Part shown: positions 46,806 to 59,158 of the stretch, piece after piece
Layout: every line of letters starts with the position of its first letter
Numbering within the stretch: position 1 is the first letter of the stretch
DNA from: Rubritalea sp.
GTDB lineage: Bacteria > Verrucomicrobiota > Verrucomicrobiia > Verrucomicrobiales > Akkermansiaceae
Length of the DNA: 64,000 bases
NCBI GenBank assembly: GCA_965204255.1
Contig: CBDBEG010000052.1
Coordinates: 256,225 to 320,224 of the forward strand
Reading direction: 5' to 3'
Program-made: the position numbers and the translations under genes
The notes under the pieces: generated by a model
The model's database searches: none
What the model saw: only the letters and a program-made list of their open reading frames with translations
What the model was told of the DNA's origin: nothing

Positions 46806-46813
46806 TATAAATA
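46806..46813 (+). promoter_or_regulatory. TATA box of gene B5 (regenerated at the LINE junction)
   Basis: TATAAATA lies 117 bp upstream of the ATG. Everything upstream of it is LINE sequence. Confidence 0.5.
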
Positions 46814-46922
46814 TCCTATATCTGCATGATATGCAGTCAAACCAACGAGCTACTCCAATCCCACCACCAGTTGTGTCAGAGAAAGAATTACATTACCATT
46901 ACTCTAAGTATCATCAACGGCA

Positions 46923-47576
46923 ATGTATCTAAAGTCGTTTATCTTTCTTTTGTGCGCATATTCTCTCATTTCAGCGAATCCAGTCTCTGTCAATTTGAGC
47001 AGCGGTGACACTACGGCGGAACGGCCGACCTCAATTACTGGACTATCAGGTGATCAACCGAAGCCGACCCACACCACGCATAAGCGGCAGGCAGGCGACA
47101 GTAGTGTAAATTCGGGCGGCGGATCGGACAACCGCCCTGCAAGCGGTACTGCATTATTCAATGCCGTCCAGCAAAACCCTCTCTATGCTCTCTCGGAGAT
47201 GGCAGAGCTTAAACATGCTGATGCTATCTCTCGCCGCAAACGCCAGCAGACCGGCTCCAACGCAAACGTCATTATACCAAGACAGATTTGCAGTAATGTA
47301 CTCAGCATTCTGAATGATGACTCCATTCATGTTGCATGCCCGTCTAGCGGACACAACAATGTGTGGTATCAATGCGAATACCAAGAAAATCGAAACCCGC
47401 GTTATTTGATACAAGCTACGAGTTGTCAAACGGATCGGTCATGCGGGAGTCAGTGTCCTACAAATGGACAGTGCAGAGACCGTAATGCTACAGTGACCAT
47501 TGCAGAACATACCGGAGACTTTACTTGGCGAAGAGTTTCCACTCAGATCAGACTAGGCTGCCAGTGCCGACTCTAG
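46923..47576 (+). CDS. Paralog B copy 5
   Basis: 217-aa intact ORF. A 2.55-kb LINE/minisatellite insertion sits in its TATA box, and the box is regenerated at 46806. Confidence 0.75.
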   Translation: MYLKSFIFLLCAYSLISANPVSVNLSSGDTTAERPTSITGLSGDQPKPTHTTHKRQAGDSSVNSGGGSDNRPASGTALFNAVQQNPLYALSEMAELKHADAISRRKRQQTGSNANVIIPRQICSNVLSILNDDSIHVACPSSGHNNVWYQCEYQENRNPRYLIQATSCQTDRSCGSQCPTNGQCRDRNATVTIAEHTGDFTWRRVSTQIRLGCQCRL

Positions 47577-48705
47577 TAGCCAATGAGGTATCAAGTTAGA
47601 TGCTATAGCTAGGGTAGTTTTGAATTTTAATAGCAGGAAGAGAACAGAACTATAGCTGCGGCATTCACTCACTTTTAGATCTATAATTATGCTGTATTAC
47701 TGTGATATTATATATACCTTGAACTATATCACTTATGAACGATGACTTTTAATTGATTATGCATGTTTGAAATATTGTTTAATCCGGACAATCATACAGT
47801 GGAATCCGACACCCCTCAACAGCGGATACCCGCGATATAACGGGCAATTTTGACATTCTTGACTGTCGCGCGGTCCCAATTGAACGCAAACAACGCCTAA
47901 CGAACCCAATTTGGCGGACACCTGTCGACCTTTTCATGAAGACTGTCCACCATCGTTGCTGTAGATAACAACTTGACGTTAGATTAGCGCTGTTATTCGT
48001 AGTACTATAGCCTCTGCTTAGCCTTCCCTGCCAGTGTACAGCAAAGTACAGCTCTGGAAACGCAGCCCCGCGTTGTCACGCTCAACAGCCCGATTACACA
48101 TACCACGCCTACCGCTCGCTGTAATGAACAAAATGTTGGTTCCCAATGGTGTCAGTTATTGTCACTTCCGATAAATCTGACTGCGTGCTGTATTTCCGTT
48201 TTTACCGCATATATATAGGCAAACTCCGAGACATTTATAGCTTTTTCATAGCGGTAACCGGCCTTAGTGGTCGCGCGCCGTATGGGAATACCAAGGAAGT
48301 TCTCTTTACAAGGTAACATACTGCACCTTGCATGGCCTAACGTAGTAAACACCTTTTCCTGTTCTGATACAATTTAATTTGCACTCCAAGCGGATAGAAA
48401 AATTATGTAGTAAGGTCTGTGCATGACATTTAGGCTGATCTCCTCCATGCACATATGTGAGTTAATTAAAATGGTGAATTATATACGCACTGACGTTGGA
48501 AATAGCCCAGGATTGTGTTCAAAGTTCTTCATTTCAACTTCCTATTAAATACAAGTAGCTATATAACCAAGACAGAAATCATGCGAACTATAAAACTATC
48601 TGTATATATTGTCACTGCTATCTAATGGCAAACTTACAAGCTAATATATGACAACAATCTATATATAGCTACACTTCTCTCAATACTCCTTTCTAATGCT
48701 TATAG

Positions 48706-49377
48706 CTATGATCGGCTGTAGTAACTACATCCGACCACCAGTGTCTCCGTCACTGGTTCCCACGAGTCGAATCCACTTGAATCACACTGCCTTTGCCGCT
48801 TCAGAACTTTAGCTGTGATGGAAACTGGTGACGAACTGCATGAACATTCACTGCATGCGACATTGACTACAAATCTTGGAAACACATCCTCCCCGAGGTC
48901 TTTAATATTGTGACTCCAAGTGCACTTTTGTGCAGTATTTTGTGAAAAGCATTGTGAATCATATCGCAAACTTCCATACTCTGTGTTAGTTGTCAGCACA
49001 CAAGCTGGAGGTGAGCTGAGATGTGAGTCCGGTAGTGGAACTCTGGTGAGATTAGATCCAGAGACATTGCAGTGTTGGTAATACCGGTCTAGGATGTATG
49101 ACTCGTTTCGCTTCTTGCAGTTGTGGCACGGCCCCATCCCTGCTCCTGCCAAACCTCCAGCAATCATGTTAGCCATTGCAGCGGTGTTGATGTTTCCTGT
49201 CTGTTGGATTGAGAGCCCAGCCACTGCTTGTGCTACAACAACAGAGATGCTGTTGTTGGTGACAGATGATCCTTGTGGTGTGGGCAGTGTGTAGGCTGTG
49301 TGCAGATGAAATGCACACAGAGCTGCAATGATTAGCAGTTGCATGCTTGCTTGTGAGGTAAACATGATGTTTTTCAC
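48706..49377 (-). CDS. Paralog C copy 5
   Basis: 223-aa intact ORF carrying the C1-type variants AVAGLS and QNTAQKC. Confidence 0.8.
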   Translation of the reverse strand: MKNIMFTSQASMQLLIIAALCAFHLHTAYTLPTPQGSSVTNNSISVVVAQAVAGLSIQQTGNINTAAMANMIAGGLAGAGMGPCHNCKKRNESYILDRYYQHCNVSGSNLTRVPLPDSHLSSPPACVLTTNTEYGSLRYDSQCFSQNTAQKCTWSHNIKDLGEDVFPRFVVNVACSECSCSSSPVSITAKVLKRQRQCDSSGFDSWEPVTETLVVGCSYYSRS

Positions 49378-49479
49378 TCAAGATAGCTTTGAGGCAGATT
49401 TGCGATAAAAGTCTTTATCATTCACGTGCTGTCTCTTGTTGTTGCTGCTAACTGATGACAGTGGTGTTTCCATTCTCTC

Positions 49480-49487
49480 TATAAATA
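49480..49487 (-). promoter_or_regulatory. TATA box of gene C5
   Basis: Same motif and offset as C1. Confidence 0.55.
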
Positions 49488-52092
49488 CTGCTACTGAAGC
49501 AGGGATAGTGTACGACCCTGGTTCAGAGGGACTTGTTCAAGCTACTCATTCGTTTCATAATTCCTAAGGTGTGAATGGATCGAGGGAGTTGAAGAGACCT
49601 TCAGCAATCAGTGATAGTTTCTCTTTGTCTTATGTAAGGGAATTAGTTACTGAAAGATGTTTTAGGGGTCTATATATTTCATTTTTCAACTCCCAATATG
49701 AACCATGAAGAAATCTTGCAAAATTTGTCCAGTTTCTGTGCCCTGTAGGGCATTCTTTCTTGTTTGTATTCAGCTGTCATGAAATAAGGCTTCACTGAAC
49801 AATACAATGCTATGCAGGAATTAAATATTCTTTCACCACTCTAAAGTATTTGTCATAGTAAACAATGTGTTGTATTCATGCAAGATTGAACATGAAAGAG
49901 TGTTAGTAGTGCTTGCTCTTGGGGGCAAAGAGATTAAGAAATATTGAATGTGATGAGGTATGGAAGGACTGACAGGGGTGCACAGTTGTTATCACTGACT
50001 CAGTTCTGCACTTTATTGGTGGCTGCATGATACTGGGCAGAGGTGTGGACATTTCATTTGAGATCTGTATAGCTATTGGTCACACTTGCAGAGAAGGTCT
50101 GGATTTAAATTAATATTGACCTAATACTTTAGCAATTGATGTATTCAGTGTATGTGCATAATGCACGTTCACATATTTGAGCAAAATTGTACAAAACTTA
50201 TACCTACCAACATTATATTGTGGTATATTCTCCAAATTTTTTTGGTATATAGCTACAATGTAACTGCGCAATATAGAGCATATGGTATGTACACTTGCTT
50301 CCAGTCTCACCCATTTTTACAAATTTCTATGCATATAGCAGTTCTCAGGTGTCCAAAGGTTTACTAGCATGAGAGATCAATATATATTATATTGACTGCA
50401 AATCACTGCCTAGAAGTAGTATATGATTAATAGTGTCATATCTTCTGCCTTTAGAGTCTAAGTAGTATAGGCATGTAGCTAGTGTAATGAGTGTGTGGCA
50501 TGGTTGAGTTTACACACTATAGGTATTAGGTATTGGGGTGGTACTGACTTACAGTGTATAATATAGGAGAATGTAGAATATTGCAGGGGAAAGGGGTGCT
50601 GAAGCACCCGTTGTGGGGTGAGCAATAAGAGCAATATTGCATGGCTAGCTAAAGCTATATACATCAGTGCATAGTTCCAGATCTGGCAGGAATTGTCATT
50701 CCTTATAGCCACAAGAATGACTGAAGCCTGTCAACTAATGAATGAGTTATGGATTCACCAGGAATCACTCCATTTCATTCCATAGCTATACATACTATAA
50801 AAGTGAAACAGCTAGGTATCAATGCATTTTCATCATTCACATTCAGGAATTCAACAGGTACATACCTATCCTACTAAATATTAATTCTACTACCAAGTAA
50901 GGTTTGGCATATGGGTATTTTCAGTCAAACTGGGAACAGTGGGAAGAAGAACTGCTTCTTGTATATGAAGTTGAAAACAATGAAAGGGACCACATGTTTA
51001 TGGACACTTGTAAGTAATTACGTTATATACATGATATACATGTGCGCACTTTTGCCTTTAGTATCTCTTTAATAAAGTCATCAAGATTAGTGCAAAAGTT
51101 GCACTGGAACTGCAGGTTTGGTCACAATTGATTAAACCTGTCCGTTGATCTCTCTCTGATTGTAGCCCATAAAGCTTTATATGTGTACAAAACCTCAAGT
51201 AGTGATTGCAGCACAACTCAGCTTTTCGTTCACGTTCAAATTAATTTTGGTTCTTTGATAACTAATAGCTAGCTATGTTGAAAGCTTTTATACACTTGAT
51301 TGATGGAATAACTGATTGACTGCCAAATTAACATGTATAAATGATGAGAAGTCATGATTGCAGCCATTTCAAACTATATTTAGCTAAATCAACAATATGT
51401 ATATCATGATTGTCTCTGATGCTTGAGAAAACTGCATTAGATTCATAGTTACTACTGGCAGCAAATAGAGGGCATATGTATGCCTATATGTTCATTGAGT
51501 AAACTAGTTCATGCCCAGACCCAACTCTCCCGTGAGGAAAAACAGTCTTGTCACTTTTGTGAGATCCAAGTCAACTTCCTTGGGCTAGTGTGTGGCTATA
51601 GTGTAACCTGGAAAAGTCCAAACCTCTTTGCACCACACCCACTCAAACACTGTTTGGATACCCAACTTTAGGTGCAAAGTTCATTGCTGCATGTAAGGAA
51701 AGAGCTACAGCAGATAATTTCACAAATCCAATGTCCCAAGAAATTTGACTTTGTCCAACAGAATGGTTTCTTGGCGGGAGGCACATGTGGGCTGGGCATG
51801 AGACAAGAGTAAAATGTACCAGCTGAAAAAACCAACTGAATATCAAATTGAAAAGTCAAGATACTCTGATCAGTTCTGTTTCAAAATTCATTCATAGTGA
51901 GAAGGGTTTTGACAATCTATAGGGAACCACCTAATATTCTATAGAGAGTCCTCTGAAATGTTAATTGTTCTATTCAGCATAATGATTCAAACCTAACAAA
52001 CTTCATAAATGATGTGCTCTGGATTCCATCATGAATGCAAAGTGAAGTTGAATCTCAGCACTTCTATAAGTTCTAGCTTGATCAGTCAAGAG

Positions 52093-52100
52093 TATATAAA
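52093..52100 (+). promoter_or_regulatory. TATA box of gene A6
   Basis: TATATAAA lies 93 bp upstream of the ATG. Confidence 0.6.
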
Positions 52101-52185
52101 CACCAAATCTCATGGTCCTCAGCATGGATTGCCTTCATTCTAGGAACTTGAAGACAAACACTCACCCTGTACTGCTGATGAAAAT

Positions 52186-52875
52186 ATGATAACCAACTGC
52201 TGCAGCATTGTTCTTGGAGCGTTCTTCCTGTTTGCCTGCTCTCTGCAATGCATTAGTGGCAGCACTTCTCCGGATTCATCTCTAGGAACTGTTGTCCTCT
52301 ATTCTGTGGCAAAAAATACAAACCTGAATGTCACCCAGTCCATAAGTCTTGCCAACAACATCATGCAGGGTCTGGACCAAAAGGGAATAAGTGACAATGA
52401 TTGCTGTGGGTGCAAGAAGCGATCGGAAGACTATCTGATTCACCGATTCAAAACCGATTCACGAAACCGTGACTGCCTGCAAGTCAAGAAGATGCTTGAA
52501 GGTAACAATGCATCAGTCTTTGCCGTAACAGCAGACATTAGTTGTATAAGCCCTACTTATGACTCTGAGTGCTTCCAAAGCAACAGCAAAGCCTCGTGTT
52601 CATGGAGTCAAAGTTTTGAGCCCATCCAGAATGCAAACAGTGACATTTTTCCCAAGTATGCTGTCAATATTATGTGCAAAGGTTGCCGTGACTATAGTGA
52701 TAGTACGTGCATGAATCAGCACAGGCAGTGCTACACTTATCCACACCATGTTAGCTTTTACGCCCTGCAAAGAACAAACAGGTGCAGCAGTGATGGATAT
52801 GAAGTGTGGGTGAGTTCCTCTACTCGACGGTACCTCAATGCGGCTTGCAGTTGCCAATTCCTCCACCGTGATTAG
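52186..52875 (+). CDS. Paralog A copy 6 (IL-17-like, inferred; type II C-terminal loop)
   Basis: 229-aa ORF. It shares RDYSDST with A5 and has scattered replacements elsewhere. All Cys residues are retained. Confidence 0.8.
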   Translation: MITNCCSIVLGAFFLFACSLQCISGSTSPDSSLGTVVLYSVAKNTNLNVTQSISLANNIMQGLDQKGISDNDCCGCKKRSEDYLIHRFKTDSRNRDCLQVKKMLEGNNASVFAVTADISCISPTYDSECFQSNSKASCSWSQSFEPIQNANSDIFPKYAVNIMCKGCRDYSDSTCMNQHRQCYTYPHHVSFYALQRTNRCSSDGYEVWVSSSTRRYLNAACSCQFLHRD

Positions 52876-53882
52876 TAAAGTAGAATATATTTGTACATCT
52901 GACCACAATGGTTAGTCATACCTGCAGACTCTAGTCTTTAGTATCATTTATAGCATATAATTATCATGTATATAGCCAGTTGTAGCAGGTTACCGATCTT
53001 GATTGTACACATATATTTAAGAATATGAAATCATTTTGTCAAACAGTGAAGAAATCTGACCAATCACCATGCGACTATGCTATATGTTCTGTGCAGCAAC
53101 ATGTGACACACTAGCAACCACCAGTCTAGCCATATTGTTCTTGGAGACAAACATCTGCACTTCATAGAAAAGACCAAATGTATTCAAAATTGTCTGAGAC
53201 ACTATAAGTTCAAATAATTGGGTGCAAATTGCTGAGTAATAAGAGGTCTATTTGCTCAACTCTTCATTTCCTCATACCTTTGACCATGCAGTCCAACTTT
53301 CTACTGAATCTAGTTGTACACATCAACTCATTGTGTGAAAAAAGGTCTTAAATTATAGTCATGATCAATGTCTACTGGTGAATAATTTGCACACAATTTA
53401 CTGGTACTAGCTATATCAGTTCTTACACTCTGATTGAAGTTTCTAACGTAGTTGCGTTTAAAAAAAAACTATACTATTTGAAGAGCTGAATGCAAACCAG
53501 GACTCCCAAAGTGGGCTGGTTAATTGTAGATAGTCTTCTGAACTCTCTTCATTCACACCATGCAAACAGATAAGTAGGTGGTAGCTTGTGAACTAAGCTG
53601 TTCAATATATCCCTGCTTAAGGACCAGTATTTACATGCAAGCTGACTGTTTGCAACAGACAGCAGTACATAACAGTGCAACACATGAACATTACAGTACA
53701 ATATTTTTGCAGATTAAAACTTATAGCAGTCGCGCGCGTTTTGCACGAGATCACGTGACATGAGGGGGACGAACATGGTCCGGGCATGTGCCCGGCCAGG
53801 CCCGGCCTTCGCTACGCCTGTTGCTGTAATCAACTACCTTCATATGCATTCGAAATCAAACACTCACCTGTATTGATCAAAC

Positions 53883-54610
53883 ATGTCCACCTATAGCTAC
53901 TGTACTGTTTTAGCTATTCTTCTTGGAGTTGACATTCTATTTGTCTGCTTTCTGCATTGCAGTATTTTCATCCCTAGGAAATGTGGTCCTCCATCCTATG
54001 ATAAAACTGAAAGTCTTGGTGATGACATCGACATCCTGCAGGACATCAATCACAATGATATCCTTAAGAATATCAACATCCTCAAGCACTTAGGAAATGT
54101 GGTCCTCCACTCAGGTTGGGAGCGACATAACTGAAAATCTTGCAGTGACATCCTGCAGGACATCAAAAAAACAAGGAAATGTTTTCCCCCCACATCATTC
54201 AGGTTCGGACATAACTGAAAGTCCTGATATTGACCTCTTGCAGGACATCAACCAAAAACCCAAAATATGGTCCCCACACCATTCAGGTTACATGCCCGGG
54301 GACATAACTGAAAGTCTTGACAATGACATCCTCAGCTGCAGGGCATCAAACCACAATGATATCTACATCCTGCAAGACATCAACCGAAAAGCAAGGAAAT
54401 ATGGTCCTTCACTCAGGTTGGGACATAACTGAAAGTCCTACAGTGACATCCCACATGCAGGATATCAACCAAAAAGCAAGGAATATGGTCTTGACAATGA
54501 CATCTTGCAGGCCCGACATCAACCAAAGTGACAGGAATCACAATACAAGGTTGATAGTAAATTTGCATGCATGGTGTGGTGCAAGTCTACATATTGCAGT
54601 TAGGATCTAG
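53883..54610 (+). pseudogene. Locus D copy 6a
   Basis: Its N-terminus is of the U1-U4 type (MSTYSYCTVLAILLG...). It is the first member of an intra-unit duplication. Confidence 0.45.
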
Positions 54611-54733
54611 GGGAGCCTGCTTCTCCCATGCAGTGTTTAATGCACGTATAGGAGCTAATGTTAAAATTAAAGGTGTCTGTGCATATAGCTACCCCTGCAA
54701 TAAATAACGTCATGTCCTTTGCTTTAATTATAG

Positions 54734-54903
54734 CAGTGGCGTAGCCAGGTCATTGGTATTGGCCGGGCACCTGCTGTACGCTAGCCGCTCACGTGCGTTT
54801 CGCACGAGATCACGTGACATGAGCGGGACGAATAACATCGAACATGATGCTTTTGACCAGGCACGTGCCCGGCCAGGCCCGGCCTTCGCTACACCTGATG
54901 CTG
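54734..54903. repeat. CpG-rich palindromic element (long form, MITE-like)
   Basis: The 5' end cagtggcgtagccagg...ggccgggcac pairs imperfectly with the 3' end gtgcccggcc...ccttcgctacacctgatgctg. The short forms lack ~70 bp of the 5' part. Confidence 0.5.
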
Positions 54904-54960
54904 TAATCAACTACCTTCATATTGCATTTGAAATCTAACACTCACCTGTACTGATCAAAC

Positions 54961-55677
54961 ATGTCCACCTACTGTTCTGTTGTAGCTACTCTTCTTGGAG
55001 TCGACATTCTGTTTGTCTGCTCAGTTTCTGCACTGTGTACTTTGGAAATGTGGTCCTCCATCCTATGACAAAACTGAAAGTCTTGATTATGACATCGACA
55101 TCCCGCAGAACATCAATCACAATGACATCAACAACACCCTTAAGAACATCAACATCCTCAAGAACTTAGGAAATGTGGTCCTCCACTCAGGTTGGGAGCG
55201 ACATAACTGAAAATCTTGCAGTGACATCCTGCAGGACATCAAAACAAACAAGGAAATGTTTCCCCCACATCATTCAGGTTCGGACATAACTGAAAGTCCT
55301 GACATTGGCCTCTTGCAGGACATCAACCAAAAACCAAAAATATGGTCCCCACACCATTCAGGTTGCCCGGGGACATAACTGAAACCACAATGATATCCAC
55401 ATCCTGCAAGACATCAACCAAAAAGCAAGGAAATATGGTCCTCCATTCAGGTTGGGACATAACTGAAAGTCCTACAGTGACATCCCACATGCAGGATATC
55501 AACCAAAAAGCAAGGAATATGGTCTTGACGATGACATCTTGCAGGCCCGACATCAACCAAAGTGACAGGAATCACAATACAAGGTTGATAGTAAATTTTG
55601 CGTGGTGTGGTGCAAGGTACATATTGCAGTTAGGATCTAGGGGGGCCTGCTTCTCCCAGTGTTTAATGCACATATAG
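54961..55677 (+). pseudogene. Locus D copy 6b
   Basis: Its N-terminus is of the U5 type (atgtccacctactgt...). It is the second member of the ~1-kb duplication in U6. Confidence 0.45.
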
Positions 55678-56309
55678 GAGCTAATGTTAAAATTAAAGGT
55701 GTCTGTGCATATAGCTACCCCTGCAATAAATAACGTCACGTCCATTGCTTCATTTCATTGCCAGTGGCTAAATCTGGCAGCCCAGTTGGAAGGCATGCTT
55801 CAGTATGTAAAACTAATACTGGTGCAGTTTAAACAAGGTGTCAACTATGAATACTATTAACATCTGCTAGACCCTCTCTCACTTTTCTGGATGGTGAGAG
55901 ATGGACTGGCTTGATAGACTAGCTATGGCAAGGCACGAGCACAAGTTACAGCTCGGTTCAGCTGCGCAAGTGCAAAAAGTGCGTTAATCATTGTCATGTA
56001 GGGGCGCATGCACAGTATGGTGTAAGAAAAAACATTGCAACCCAAAATTTTAGGGCATGGTTGTCATTTTTTTTTGTCTGCGCATGCGCAGTTCCAAAAA
56101 TGACCGGTCCGCTACCTAAGGTCAGGGTTCGACTAATGTCGCGTAGCCATACTCTCGCCGTGAGTCTGGCTACGCGAGACTATAGGGTTCGACATGGTTC
56201 ATACAGGTCAGTTGGGTAAGAATCCTGCATGGCATCTGCATGCAGTAATAGTCATTGTCGTGCATGGCCATGTAAAGTCAAAGCGTTGACCATCTAAAAC
56301 ACGTAGTCT

Positions 56310-56763
56310 AGTCGATCTATGACTGTAGCTATAGCGATGCCGGACGTTCAAAACTTCTTTCATAAAGCGCTAGCTGTGATCTTTGCAAAAGTTCAATATC
56401 TATACTTCAAAAGAAGTTTCGGTGAGCTCTATCGAGTGATACCACTTTCCAGTTGCGCATGCAATGTATGCGGAATCGTTTTAATTTTTTCCCATACAAA
56501 CTTCCATTGAACAAAAATGTAAATGCGCTCCGCTTGTACTGCACCGATTTCTATTTGTAAGACACAAATATCTGCGTGAACACCAGTCAATGGGACAAAC
56601 TGTGGTATAACTTTCCAGTAGTTATGCGAAGTCATTCTGGAGAACGAGCTGTTTCTTTCAAAAAGGTCTATGACCAAAGTCAGAACGTTTTCACGGCATA
56701 GGATCGCTAAAATTAAGCTGGGAGTCACTGTTATAGCGATTTCGCTATGGCCGCAATACGCGT
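56310..56763. other. U6-private ~450-bp insertion of unknown nature
   Basis: It interrupts the conserved sequence aaacacgtagtct / acgccaagtttcgccc. I recognise no domain in its 123-aa minus-strand ORF. Confidence 0.5.
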
Positions 56764-57075
56764 ACGCCAAGTTTCGCCCAGATGAGTGAACGCAGGGCAA
56801 TTTTAATGAGGCTATATCTGTTGGCTACAGAACTCGCTTCCTCTCCCACGCAACTCGACCTCCCAGTCTCGACCCCAGATTGAGAACGGAAAACAGCGTT
56901 ACGCTTTGCAATTCACTCGTTCTGGCGCAATATCATTTTTCACTTTATACGACATCATGGGAAGAAGATCTTAATTCTATGAGAATATTCCCATGTAAAC
57001 CTTACCGACTTTCCGACTCTGTCCAACACTGCAACGCTATACATACAGTGGTTAACACAAGTCCGAGGCTCTTGC

Positions 57076-57083
57076 TATAAATG
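57076..57083 (+). promoter_or_regulatory. TATA box of gene B6
   Basis: TATAAATG lies 110 bp upstream of the ATG. Confidence 0.5.
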
Positions 57084-57185
57084 TCCTACCTGCATTAGAT
57101 GCAGTCAAACCAGCGAGCTACTACAATCGCACCACCAGTTGTGTCAGAGAAAAAATTACCAATACTCTAAGTATCATCAACAGCA

Positions 57186-57839
57186 ATGTATCTAAAGTCG
57201 ATTATCGTTCTTTTGTGCGCATATTCTCTCATTTCAGCGAAGCCAGTCTCTGTCAATTTGAGCAGGGGTGACACTACGGCGGAACGGCCGACCTCAATTA
57301 TTGGACTATCAGGTGATCAACCGAAGCCGACCCACACCACGCATAAGCGGCAGGCAGGCGACAGTAGTGTAAATTCGGGCGGCGGATCGGACAACCGTCC
57401 TGCAAGCGGTACTGCATTATTCAATGCCGTCCAGCTAAACCCTCTCTATGCTCTCTCGGAGATGGCAGAACTTAAACATGCCGATGCTATCTCTCGCCGC
57501 AAACGCCAGCAGACCGGCTCCAATGCAAACGTGGTCATACCAAGACAGATTTGCAGTAGTGTACTTAGCACTTTGAATGATGACTCCATTCATGTTGCAT
57601 GCCCGTCTAGCGGACACAACAATGTGTGGTATCAATGCGAATACCAAGAAAATCGAAACCCGCGTTATTTGATACAGGCTACGAATTGTCAAACGGATCG
57701 GTCATGCGGGAGTCAGTGTCCCACAAATGGACAGTGCAGAGACCATAATGCTACAGTGACCATTGCAGAACATACCGGGGACTTTACTTGGCGAAGAGTT
57801 TCCACTCAGATCAGACTAGGCTGCCAGTGCCGACTCTAG
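57186..57839 (+). CDS. Paralog B copy 6
   Basis: 217-aa ORF. It shares B1-type variants (AVQLNP, SSVLS, DHNATV) and has private changes. Confidence 0.8.
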   Translation: MYLKSIIVLLCAYSLISAKPVSVNLSRGDTTAERPTSIIGLSGDQPKPTHTTHKRQAGDSSVNSGGGSDNRPASGTALFNAVQLNPLYALSEMAELKHADAISRRKRQQTGSNANVVIPRQICSSVLSTLNDDSIHVACPSSGHNNVWYQCEYQENRNPRYLIQATNCQTDRSCGSQCPTNGQCRDHNATVTIAEHTGDFTWRRVSTQIRLGCQCRL

Positions 57840-58704
57840 TAGCCAATGAGATATCAGATGCTATAGCTATGGTAGTTTTGAATTGTTATAGCAGGAAGAG
57901 AACAGAACTATAGCTGCGGCATTCAGTCACTTTTAGATCTATATGCTGTATTACTGTGATTATATATACCTTGAACTATATCACTGGCTTATGGACGATG
58001 GCTTTTAATTCATTATGCATGTTTGTAATATTGTTTAATCCGGACAATCATACAGTGGAATCCGACACTCCTCAACAGCGAATACCCGCGATATAACAGA
58101 CAATTTTGACAGTCTTGACTGTCCGCGGTCCCAATTGAACGCAAACAACGCCTAACGAACCCAATTTGGCGGACACCCGTCGACCTTTTCATGAAGACTG
58201 TCCACCATTGTTGCTGTAGATAACAACTTGACATTAGATTAGCGCTGTTATTCGTAGTACTATAGCTTCTGCTTAGCCTTCCCTGACAACGTACAGCAAA
58301 GTACAGCTCTGGAAACGCAGCCCCGCGTTGTCACGCTTAACAGCCCGATTGCACATACCACGCCTTCCGCTCGCTGTAATGGACAAAATGTTGGTTCCCA
58401 ATGGTGTCCGTTATATAGAGGTGTTCCAATATATTGCCACTTCCCATAAATCTGACTGCGTGCTGTATTTCCGTATTTACCGCATATATAGGCAAACTCC
58501 GCGACATTTATAGCTTTTTCATAGCGATATCCGGCCTTAGTAGTCGCGCGCCGTTATGGGAATGAATACCAAAGAAGTTCTCTTTACAAGGTAAAACATA
58601 ATGTACCTTGCATGGCCTAACGTAGTAAGTACCTTTTCCTGTTCTGATACTTTAATTTGCCCTCCAAGTGGAATGAAAAATTATGTAGTAAGGTCTGTGC
58701 ATGA

Positions 58705-58871
58705 ACAATCAACGAACCACACCTCCCTTATAAAACAGGCCTAGATGTTATGCAAAGTCACCCACTGCGCAGGACGCGTTTCGGCCAATACCAGGCCTCA
58801 TCAGCTGCGCTGGGGTGACCGGGAGATGGGGACTGCTATAATATCATGCGTAGAATGCAGTCAGGTGGCTG
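58705..58871. mobile_element. U6-private 167-bp insertion with candidate 6-bp TSD (possible SINE/MITE)
   Basis: The host sequence gtgcatga|catttagg is interrupted. gcatga occurs on both sides (58699-58704 and 58872-58877). An internal hairpin pairs gtcacccactgcgcag (58757-58772) with ctgcgctggggtgac (58805-58819). Confidence 0.45.
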
Positions 58872-59158
58872 GCATGACATTTACTGATCTCCTCCATGCA
58901 CACATGTGAGGTAATTAAAATGGTGAATTAGCTATATACGCACTGACGTTTGAAATAGCCCAGGATTGTGTTCAAAGTTCTTCATTTCAACTTCCTATTA
59001 AACTAGTACATGTAGCTATACAACTAAGACAGAAATCATGCGAACTATAAAACTATCTGTATATTGTCACTGCTATCTAATGGCAAACTTACAAGCTAAT
59101 ATATGACAACAATCTATATATAGCTACACTTCTCAATACTGCTTTCTAATGGTTATAG

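Larger units (their letters stand above)
39038..50159. repeat. Tandem macro-repeat unit U5 (diverged; A5-D5-B5-C5 plus MITE and LINE/minisatellite)
   Basis: Same gene order as other units. It lacks ~0.85 kb at the unit start, including the poly-G region. It has private insertions at 43143-43513 and 44254-46805. The boundary is approximate. Confidence 0.85.
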
